This document shows positions 40,001 through 51,629 of a stretch of DNA of 64,000 bases, one piece after another. The DNA comes from Octopus sinensis (taxonomy: Eukaryota). Under the pieces are notes generated by a model, which saw only the letters and a list, made by a program, of their open reading frames with translations, was not told where the DNA came from and ran no database searches. The position numbers were made by a program, and so were the translations under genes. The stretch is from positions 96,968,001 to 97,032,000 of the forward strand of contig NC_042997.1 of the NCBI RefSeq assembly GCF_006345805.1. Direction: 5' to 3'. How positions within the stretch are numbered: position 1 is the first letter of the stretch; each line of letters begins with the position of its first letter.

Positions 40001-41250
40001 AAACTACTACTATAAAATAACCACCATAGGACTGCAAAAATATCTACTTCAGAAGGAAGGAAAACTGATCCAGATAGCGGCAAAACACGAGCAAAACAAA
40101 AAACTGTTCTCAGTATTTAAGGAAGCTGACAAATACAAACAAGAAATCAACCACTAATAAACATGAAGAAGAGAGAAGATGAAGAAACAACAAAAGCTAT
40201 AAAACAAATGAATCCAAACTAAAAATAGAACAGCAACGAACCATGATAAAACGATGGCAAGAGAAACTGACAATACAAACAAGAATCATACACACTAATA
40301 AAACATAAAGAGAAGATGAAGAAACAACAAAAGCTATAAAACAAATGAAATCCAAACTAAAAATAGAACAGCAACGAACCATGATAAAACGATGGCAAGA
40401 AAAGCCCCTTCATGGTAAATACTGGACTAAACTAAACACAAAAGAAATAGACAAAGAAAAATCCCAGCAATGGTTGAGAAGCTCAGGACTCAAAGCAGAA
40501 ACAGAGGGATTTTTAATTGCAGCACAAGACCAAAGCCTCCCCACCAGAAATTACCAAAAAAATTTAATGAAAAGAAATATTACAAGTAACTGCAGAATAT
40601 GTGGAGATGGACAAGAAACAATAAATCATATTATCTCTAGCTGCCCAGTCTTGGCTAAGAAGGAATATATTCACAGACATGACAGAGTTGGAACCTACAT
40701 ACATTGGAAGCTATGCCAACATTATGGAATAACAACAGAAAAAAGATGGTATAGGCACACACCAGAAAAGGTCACAGAAAACGAGAAAGCAACCATACTC
40801 TGGGATATGCCGATACACACAGATAGAGAAATTAAGGCCAACAGACCAGATATAGTTGTCACAGATCATGAAGAAAAGAAATGCTTTCTAATTGATGTAT
40901 CAATACCGGCTGATGACAACGTGTCTCTAAAAGAAATGGAGAAACTCTCAAAATACAAAGACCTGGAAATAGAGGTAACTAGAATGTGGAATCTGAAAAC
41001 AGAAACAATTCCTATCATAGTAGGTGCATTAGGCATGATAAAAAAATATTCAGACAAATACATAACAAAACTCCAGGACTTACAAACACATATAACATAC
41101 AGAAAATGCATACTAGGCACTGCACACATCCTACGCAGAACACTCCCATACAATAACCATCAGAGCATCACAACAAATCACAGCACATACCCAAGGCACA
41201 CAGAGCTGTGCTCGGTAGTGAAGTGAAAGCACGCTATAAAAATAAAACTA

Positions 41251-41311
<61 letters not shown>

Positions 41312-42307
41312 TATAATAATGAAAGGAAATGAGAAGGGCCTCATGGGCTGATTAATAATGATACATCTAGTGATGATGTCACAATAAAAACACTGGTATT
41401 TGCGCAACCTGATAATCGCTATCTCATACGAATGACAATGAAAAGACAAAATATTGTAAATAACAGTGGGAGTGAAACTGAGCCAATGATGGTGACGGTG
41501 GTACACCAGGTAGGCTTGTTATTCATGGATGACCTCAAACTTTATGGCAAAGATGAAGCCCAAGTCAGTTTCCTCGTTGATACGGTGTATACCGTCAGTG
41601 CTGATATCGGGATGGAGTTTCATAACAGACCACACTTTCTCAGTTAGACTTGAAGAGAAGGTAAATCAAATGTATGGACGGGCTAACGATACAGTCGGGG
41701 GAGGTTATGAAGTAGATAGAAGAGACGGGCTATAAGTACTTGGGGATTTTGGAAATGGATAAAGTGATGGAGATAGAAATGACAGAAAAATTTAAGGTGA
41801 AGTATTTGTGCAGACTATGACTGATCTTTAAGTCGAAATTAAATGGATGAGATAAGATTGAAGCAACCAACACCTGGGCGATTTCATCCCTTAGATATGG
41901 AGCAGGAGTAATCGCATGGACAGTAAACGAGCTAAACAGCTTAGACGGTTAGACAAGTAAGTTGCTCACTTACTCCACCCAAAAAATGACACAGACAGAC
42001 TGTATGTATCAAGAAAAAGCGGGGAAAGGGGACTTATTGGATGCGAACACAGCATTAGAGCAGAAGAAAACAACATAGCATGGTATGTAAAAATGCCACA
42101 GGGCCGCTATTATTAGAAGTAAGAAGGTTAGGCTTGTGTAGAAGGAAAGGCTGCAAAGATAAAGCACTATACAAGAAATAGAAAAACGAATGAAACTGAA
42201 AATAGGTGGGTACCCTTATCTGATGTGTAGTCATGATGGATATACTGGGCTTCGAATATTTTACCCCAGTGTGACTTTGGAGGCATGCACTACTCTCTCA
42301 TTTATTA

Positions 42308-42366
<59 letters not shown>

Positions 42367-42873
42367 CGCTGCCAAGCATCAGGCATTCAATACCAACTCA
42401 GTGAAAAGAGATATTTACTACACAAATGCAACAAACCTCTGCAGAATGTGTGGTAAGCGGCTGGAAAGCGTGACTCATATCGTAAGTGCTTGTGAAAGTC
42501 TTGCGCAGAAAGTGAACAAGCGCATACACGACAAGGTAGTGCAGAACCTTTACTGGCTGCTATGTCGGAAGTATGGGTACGAGGTAACGGGTGCTTGGCA
42601 CCAGCATACACCCAAAAATTAATGGACGAAAAGAGGAATGCAAAAATCCTCTGGAACTTTGACGCCCAGACAGACAAGGTGTTAGAGCATCTCGAAACTT
42701 TATAAATAGCCTACAATCTAGGGGTATTACAAAAGTCGGCATTGCTTAGAACAGCACACATACTGCGTAAAATACAGTCTGTCTAAGGTCCTTGTTGTGA
42801 CTTGACAAACAGTACAAATCCCGGTAGACACATCTTCAATCAACATCACCATATTGAGTACTGTACGACGTAT

Positions 42874-42939
<66 letters not shown>

Positions 42940-44541
42940 GAAGTGCAAAAAATCATGTTAACTGGAACGGCTCATGTACCGAGAAGAGCATTATCGCTGT
43001 AAAAACAACATCCATTTATGAATTTATTTATTTATTAATTTTTTAAATACATATTTTACCTGAGAATTTGCATATGTAATCTGGGAATGCATACAATGAG
43101 CTTCTCTGCCCTAGGTGTACGGAAAACACTCGGCGAGAAACGGAAGAAAATTTGAAGAAAGAGGAAAAATAGTAATAATAACGATGGCACTTAGGAAAGT
43201 TAAGATGGGTTGCCGAGGTGGGAAGAAAGGCCCATCATTGAACCATCTTCTGTTTGTTGACGACCTGAAATTATTTGGAAAATCTGAAAAACAGATAGAT
43301 TCCTTAACCAAAACAATCCAGAAGTGTGGTAGGGACATGGGTATGGAATTTGGGATCACCAAATGCTCAGTACTTAACATGAAAAGAGGGAAGGAAGTAG
43401 CCTGCAGAGTATTGCGGCTACCCTCAGGAGAGACCATGGGTGAACCCGACGGTTGTGGTAATGATATTTAGAGATTTTGGAACTGGATGTCATTCTACAC
43501 GGAGAAATGAAAGTCATAGTCAGCGAGGCGTATCAAAAAAGGGCGAAGATGGTGTTCAAATCCAAACTGCATGCCAAAAATTTGATTACCGCAATGAATA
43601 TATGGGCAGTTGAGGTGGTCGGATATAGTGCGTCCATCCTCAAATGGACTAAGGAGGAAATATCAACACTGGATAGAAGGACGAGAAAGTTGGTAACACT
43701 GCATGGGGCGCTACACCCTAAAGCAGACTGTAAATGAAAAGGAAGAATGGTGGCAGAGGATAAATTATTATAGACCACTGTATAAAGAGTGAAAGGAGAA
43801 CGCTTGCCGAGTATTTGATAAATAGTGATGAAAACCTGCTGCAATATGCTGCGAAAGATATGGATGTAAATGCAGATAAAATGATGGGCAAGGCAGAGTT
43901 TAACCAAAGAGGTGAGGAGAAGAGAAAAGAAGACCTTCTTGAAATGAGAATGCATGGAGAGTTTGAAAAGAATACACGAGACGTTAAGGATAATACAGCA
44001 TCGTGGGCATGGCTTGACCGAGGTGATTTGAAGCGTACTACCGAAAGCCTGAGCATTGCTGCACAAGACCAGGCTCTCGCTACCATTTCAGTGAAGTATA
44101 ACATCTATAAAAGCAGCCGTATTGGGCACAGCGCCTTATCTGTCTGGGGTCCTAGTTGTGACTCGATAGATGATTAAAAACTCCGTTGCGTTTTTACCTA
44201 AACTGTGTTACGAAGGAAGAAGAAGAAGAAGAAGAAGAAGAAGAAGAAGAAGAAGAAGAGAAGAAGAAGAAGAAGAAGAAGAAGAAGAAGAAGAAGAAGA
44301 AGAAGAAGAAGAAGAAGAAGAAGAATCTTTTCTACTCTAGGCAGCACGAAGCCCGAAATTCTGGAGGAGGGGATCGGTCGACTAAATCGACCCCAGTACG
44401 CAACTGGTACTTTATTTATTAACTCCGAAAGGATGAAAGGCAAAGTCGACCGCGGCGGAATTTGAACTTAGAACGTAGTGGCAGACGAAATACAGGAAAA
44501 CGTTTCGCCTAGTATGCTAACGATTCTCCCAGCTCCCTGCC

Positions 44542-44606
<65 letters not shown>

Positions 44607-47600
44607 AATAATTATAATAATAATGATGATGATGATGATAATAATAATGATGATGATAATAATAATGATAATGATAATAATGATGATGATGATGATAATG
44701 ATAATAATAATGATAATGATGATGATGATAATGATAATAATAATTATGATGACGATGACGATGATGATGATGATGACGATGACAACGATGACGACGACGA
44801 CGATGATGATGACGATGATGATGATGATGATGACGATGATGATGTTGATGATAATGATGATTATAAACAAACAAATACCGGTTGTTAAGCGGTAACGGGG
44901 GACAAACACAGACGCAATGACACACACGGACAACACACACACATACGCCCACACAGACATTAATCGTTTCCATTATTAAAAAGAAGTACACTATTTATAA
45001 CTATAATCTCGTTATAACTACAATGATTTTAATTATCTATTAATAGTCTTCTGATATTCTTCGAAGTTTTTCAATTTACTAATTTTCCACTTTATTATGT
45101 TAAAGTTGTAATTTAGAACTTGTATGGTTAGAGTGTTCATCCATATTATCTTACATTTAACATTGAATTCAGTTTCTAATATCATTCTAACTCACCTGTA
45201 ATACTCTTTCATTTCTGTGTTGTATTTTAGCTATTTAGTCTATTCCTATATATGTGTTCTCTGATTTTTGTGTCTAAGCCGAATGCTGCGTTTTCAGTGC
45301 TGATTAATTTGCTTTTCCTTTCTGTTATTTTGGCACATTCTCATCCTAATACCTTTGCTGAAACTGACCGACTTTTGGGAGGTTTTCCTATTCACTGATA
45401 TTCTTAGTATATATGGATGACATTTTTAAGTCATCCATATATAGGAGATGATATATACTTTTCCAGAACATCTGTAACCTGTGGTCGTTTCGTTGAACAT
45501 GTTTGGCTGTGTAGTCAGAGCGAGGCAGAATAGCAGTGGGGACAGACTATATCTCTTCCCTTAAAATCACTGCTACTAAAAGAGAAACAATTATTTTTGT
45601 TACGATCGTTGTTATATCCACAAGGCTATGGACAGAAAATACGAACCAGTTGCTGCGTGGTGGTTTCCAACTCAAAAGTATGTAATGACACAGCGAACGC
45701 GAACTTGCGCCCGTACCCGTAAAATGTTTAAAAGTTTGCTTTCCAACGACATCGTTCCGGATTCAGTCCTACTACGTGGCACCTTGGACAAGTATCTTCT
45801 ACATTAGCCTCGGGACGATCAAAGCCTTGTGAGTGGATTTGGTGCTCGGAAGCTGAAACAAGCTCGACTCTTTCTCATTCTATCTCTCCCTCACTCTCTT
45901 ACATATGTGTGAGTGTGAGAGAGAGAGAGTCTGTGTGTGTGTGTGTTGTGCGTGTGTGTCTTTGTCTCTGTGTTTGTCACCCATCACCACTTGACGACTG
46001 GTGTTGCTTTGTTTACATCCCCTCGGTTTAGCGATTCATTAAAAGAAGTTGTTAAGAATAAGTACCAAACTTTAAAATTTATATAATTACTGGAGTCCAT
46101 TCGTTCGATTAATGACTGAAACAAATAGAAGATATTTTAAAAAACAAAAATGAAGGAATAAAATGAAAAGAAATTAAAACGTTACATTACCTTTCCAAAG
46201 TCTGTTAATCCATCATGTTCATTCGTTTTATTTACATCAACTAACCAGTTGTCTGCCCTAAAAAGAGAGAAATAAATCAAAATTTATTTTAACGTATTAT
46301 TTGTTTTTTTAATATCAGAATTCCTTACTAATTTCAGTAACTCCCAGCTTATCATGTGGTCTTCTAAGTTCTCTTTCATCTTTGTTCTATGTTTCTTCAT
46401 TGTTTCAGTCACTGGACAGCAGCTACGATGGGGCATCGATTAGTAGAACACATCAACCCCAGTAACTATTCTATCGGGTACCTTGCCGAACCGCTTGGTG
46501 CGGAGTTGTCTAATCCGCACTGATTGTCAAGCATTGATGTAGAACAAACATGCACAAATACAGACACACACACACATACATACATACACACTCTCGCACA
46601 CACACACACACACACATGCATACATACACACTCTCGCACACACACACACACATATATATACACACATATAAATATATATATACGCATATACACATATCAG
46701 GTCATCCCATAAGTTCTGTCCGATTTTACCTTTTTTTAAATTGAATGAAACTTAATGGTATTTTAGAATGTCTAATGGAATTAAAAATTATTTTTATGCA
46801 TCTGTGTACATTTAAACTAATTAGATATTATTTTACAGAATAATAGAATTAAAATTTCTAACTTGGAAGTATCCAAAGAGCATTTAAGGCACATAATGCT
46901 TTATGAGTACAAAAAAAGAAACTCTGCAGCCGAAGCGACTCGAAACATAGACTCAGTTTATGGGAAAGAATGCTTGAATGAAAGAACTTGCAGAAGATGG
47001 TTTGCAAAATTCAGAAGTGGATTACCTGATATATGCAAAACAACCAGACAGTTAGATGATACAAAAAGGGACAACAAAACATCCAGACAAACAATACAAA
47101 GAAAACCAGGACGGGTCATTCGGAGTTTTCTATCCTCAGTCGAGTTCCAGATTATCTTTGCAATTTTGGCTGGTTATACTCGAGATTGTTCCAATCTGGC
47201 CAGCCCCAAGAAAGAACTAAGCTAAGAGCATTAGATTCCTTGGAAGAAAGCAGCGAATGTATACGAAAACAAGGACGGAAAAAAGAGAAATATTACACAA
47301 ATACAAATGCAATTAACAGGACATAATAACAGGTGTCATCCCACAAAGTACGAATTAAATTAAGCAGGTGTGTGTGGAAGTAAAGACTTACAGCAGGGAC
47401 ATAAGATGTGAAAGAGGGGGAACGAAGGAACAGAGATTGGAATGAACGAAGCGTGAAAGGACTGATACAAAGAAGAAAATAATGAAAGAATAGAAATAAT
47501 AATAAAGTCATACAAAATAATATATATATACTTACATAAAAGAAACCAAAGTGTACGTATACCGTTATATTTTATATATAAAAACATACAAAAATTGAAC

Positions 47601-50600
47601 AAGAACGCAAAACATTCAGACAGTTAGGTAATACAAAAAAAGGGACAACAAAACAACAAGACACACGATACAAAGAAACCCAGGACGGGTCATTCGGAGT
47701 TCTCTATCCTCAGTCGAGTTCCAGATTATCTTTGCAATTTCGGCTGGTTATACTCGAGATTGTTCCAATCTGGCCAGCCCCAAGAAAAAACTAAGCTAAG
47801 AGCATTAGATTCCTTGGAAGGAAGCAGCGAATGTATATATATATATGTGTGTGTGTGTTGTGTGTGTGTGTGTGTGTGTTGTGTGTTGGTAGGTAGGTAG
47901 GTATGTACGTAAATATGTATGCATGTAGGCACGTAATCTCTGGAAACGCAGTCGAAACGACTTTATACGAGTCCTTGAACATATTCACATAAATGCTAAT
48001 TCTTTCAGCTATTTCTTTCTAAGAGCAGATACATGACATACTTGTGTTACTATGCTCATACACATATGTATATATGTTATTGTATATTTTTGAATGCATG
48101 CGTATACACAAGATTCAAAATAACAATTGTTGATTTTACAATATTTCTACGTACCTGACAGTCATGGAGAAAAGAAATATATTTATTTTTTATGACATGA
48201 AAACGAACTGTCAATTTGCAATGACAACATTACCGAGCGGTTAATTTTTTATCTATGAATGTGCGTGCAGGCGCCCGCATGTGTGTGTGTGTGCGTGTAT
48301 GTGTGTGCGTGTGTGTATGTGTGTGTGTGTTGTGTGTGTGTGTGTGTGTGTGTTGTGTGTGTGTGTGTCTGCGAGCTAAAGGCCTCAATTTTAAAGATGA
48401 ATCAATTATGTAGTATTCACGTCAGCGCTATATATATTTCGATTTCCGTCCCACATCAAGTGTTTTTTATACATACATTGTGTAATATATATATATATAT
48501 ATATATATATAATAGGCGCAGCCGTAGCTGAGTGGTAAGAAGCTTACGTTTGTTGTCAGTTGTTCATACCACTGATTGAAGTCGTCTCGCTGGCTTGCAG
48601 CGGACGAAAACTGATCGTGAAAATGACTCTGCTGTAAGGTAAGGCTTCTCATTCTTGGCTCCACTGAGGGTTTGTTGTCTATGATAATTATTTTTGTACA
48701 GGCAAGAGATCCTCATTGGACTCTGGGCATGGGTCTGCCTGCAGTAGAGTATATAGCTTTTCTCACTTAATTGTGAGAATTATTGCTTGGGGGCGTATCC
48801 TGCCTCCAAACTTAGTTCGTGAATAGTGTTGTTCTCAATTAATTTTGAAAATTTTTCTCTTGGAAAGTTGGTTCATGTTGGTGAATAATTTTGAGGAATA
48901 ATTTTGCGGAATAATTTTGTGGAATAATTTTGTGGAATAATTTTGTGGAATAATACATCAACTGTGAGAAGCTTTGTTCCAGTTTCAAATTGAAGGCAGG
49001 GGAGTACCGCGTGGCCAAAGGATTTTTTGCCGTGTGTTTTCAACTATCGCCGTTTATTCTATCTTTCATTTTGAAACTCTTTATTGAACTGTTTATTTTT
49101 TGTGTTTCTTCCTTTTGGTTGGGATTTTCTTTATGATTTTTCTCTCTAATTGTTTGAATTTTGTGAACTGTTTAATTTATCATGACAAAGAACAAAGAAA
49201 AAATTGTAGAGTGGGAGATAGTGCCACCCAAGCAATGGATGGAAGAGTTTGAAAAGAAGACGGTGGTGTTGAGGATTTACTCCCAAGTCCCTCGACACCA
49301 TCGGCGACTTCGAGAAAAATTTGATAGAAAAAGAGTTGGCGGAATATATGTCAACTATTAAGTATATCTCTAGGGGGTCAAATACGCAACCGGATGGTTG
49401 CTCTTTGACACCCCACGAAGAGGATCGAAAATTCGCGGCCAGCCCGTGGAGGGCGGAGAAATTTTGTTTCTTCCCACTTATTGTGGTAAGAAGTTGGCGA
49501 GGACTTGGGTCTGCGGTTTGCCACCCAGAATTGAACCCGAGTGGATAGAGGATACTCTCCGCCGGGGTCTGGGTGGCAGCAGTACCAAGCTCCTCAACAT
49601 AAATATCTTGCCTGCGGCTGATTGGGAGGGGTCAAAAGCTGTTTTGAACCTATGGACCCAATCAGCCGGAAACCTGGTATTCCCAGATTTTTTAAAGATT
49701 GGCCGGGTCCAGGTATCCGGTTATGCTTGGGGGACGCTCCCCACCCAAGTGTCACCTGTGCCTGGAACTGGGCCATAGCAAAAAGTACTTCCCTCAGGAC
49801 CAAAATAAGATCCTGGGGCAGTTAATAAAGATACCGCTCCCTGTTCCCTCATTGGAGGGAGAGAAGGAGAAAGTCGAGGAGGTGGAAAGCTCCTCGAAAA
49901 AGGCAAAAAAGAAAGGTGGGCAACAATGGTTGCCCACCGAAGGACCCGAAGGCTGCGAGAGGGGGATAGAATCGGCTGGATAAAGCGGAGGAACTCCACC
50001 CTCCCGTGGTTCAAGGGAAAACAAAGAAAAAAGAAAAATTGGACATTATCTGCTGTTTGTGACACACTGCCGGCATATCCCGAAGCACCTTCGGTGGAAG
50101 TTGTACTTCGGGACCGAAGGTGAAAACTGTAGACTCCTCCTATGCTGTGGAAGAGGAATTTGTGGTCCTCTTCCATAAGGGAGGGACACTAGACGGCTTC
50201 ATTAAGAAGTTTAAAAAGAAAAGCCGAAGGGATTGGATTCTGTCCTGCATGGAGGACCCTGAATGGCCTTCGCAGGTGACTGCGGAGGTCATATAGGAAA
50301 CCGATCTGTGCAGGATAATGAACTCCTTCCCAGAGGATACCTTTAGATTTGTGTTAAAATGGCTCGACTCGATACCGTCTGAGTGTTTGACTAGGGCGAG
50401 AGGCCTGGTTGGGCAGGAAAGCATGCAACTGATAATAAAAGAGGCTTGGTGCCTCATTTTTCCACATTTCATTTGTCATTCATATCATTATGTGTGTGTC
50501 GAGCCCGTAGCTTCCTTTCTATGTAAGGCCTTTATGGCCAATGTAATGAATAAAAGAAACTTGCTTCCTAACCACATGCTTCTGGGTTCAGTCCCACTGC

Positions 50601-50693
50601 GTGACACCTTGAGTAAGTTTCTTCTACTATAGCTTCGGGCCGACCAATGACTTGTGAGTGGATTTGGTAGACTGAAACCGAAAGAAGCCCGTC

Positions 50694-50744
<51 letters not shown>

Positions 50745-51578
50745 TGTATGTTTGTATGTATGTATTTGTGTGTGTGTGTTTGGAAACTCTGTCTTCGCCG
50801 TGAACGGGAATTAATCTTCTTCCGTTGTTCCTTTGCGCTATATGGGCTCGACTCATTACTCTCTTCATACACCATTACACACACATCCACAAACACCTTG
50901 CCATTCTACACACACTAGCACCAAACACTTCCCAGCACCCACCCCACACACCATTATCCACACACAATCTTCAATAGCGTCAATACACATACCACTATAG
51001 GAGCAGCTACACACACTATTTAACTCAGTATACACACCACACACCATCAGAGGCACAGTCTACAAATTGTGCTCGGGCAAGAGCAATGTGGATATCCACG
51101 TAGGGTGAAGTGTGAGCCATGAGTTGAGATTGAGTCTCTAAGTAGTAGTTGTCATTGCAGAGCCTGTATAGACGGAGGAATTGGGAGTAGAGGATGGAGA
51201 GCTTGATGTAGGTAGGGTGAGAGGAGGAGAAGTTAAGGTAGGAGTGTGATTCAGTGTGTTTGTAGTGTATGGGGGTGGTGAGACCGGAGTTATGTATATT
51301 GGCATGTCGAGAAATTCGACAGAAGAGTTAGAGATAGTGCAGGAGAATTCGAGGGCAGGATGGAAGGATGGGTCAAAGGAGAGGAAGGAGTTCAGATGTT
51401 CGCGGGAGAGTGAGGTCGATATAGTTTTCAATATAACAACTGTATAGTTCGGGAATGCGACCAGTGAATTGTGAGACTGGTTTCAACATATGGTCCCAAT
51501 CTCGTTCCCATGGCCACTCCTGTGACATATTGGTAAAACTCTCCCGCGAATATACACACACACAAACACACACACACG

Positions 51579-51629
<51 letters not shown>

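Noticed and set aside
44478-44991. Poly-N/D, poly-I and poly-H/Y ORFs
   Set aside because: Translations of a triplet microsatellite.
47680-47720. Minus-strand CTGAGGA..GAA TGACCCGTC as a hammerhead
   Set aside because: Helix II is barely pairable and the A15.1-U16.1 pair is missing, so it is not called as a ribozyme.
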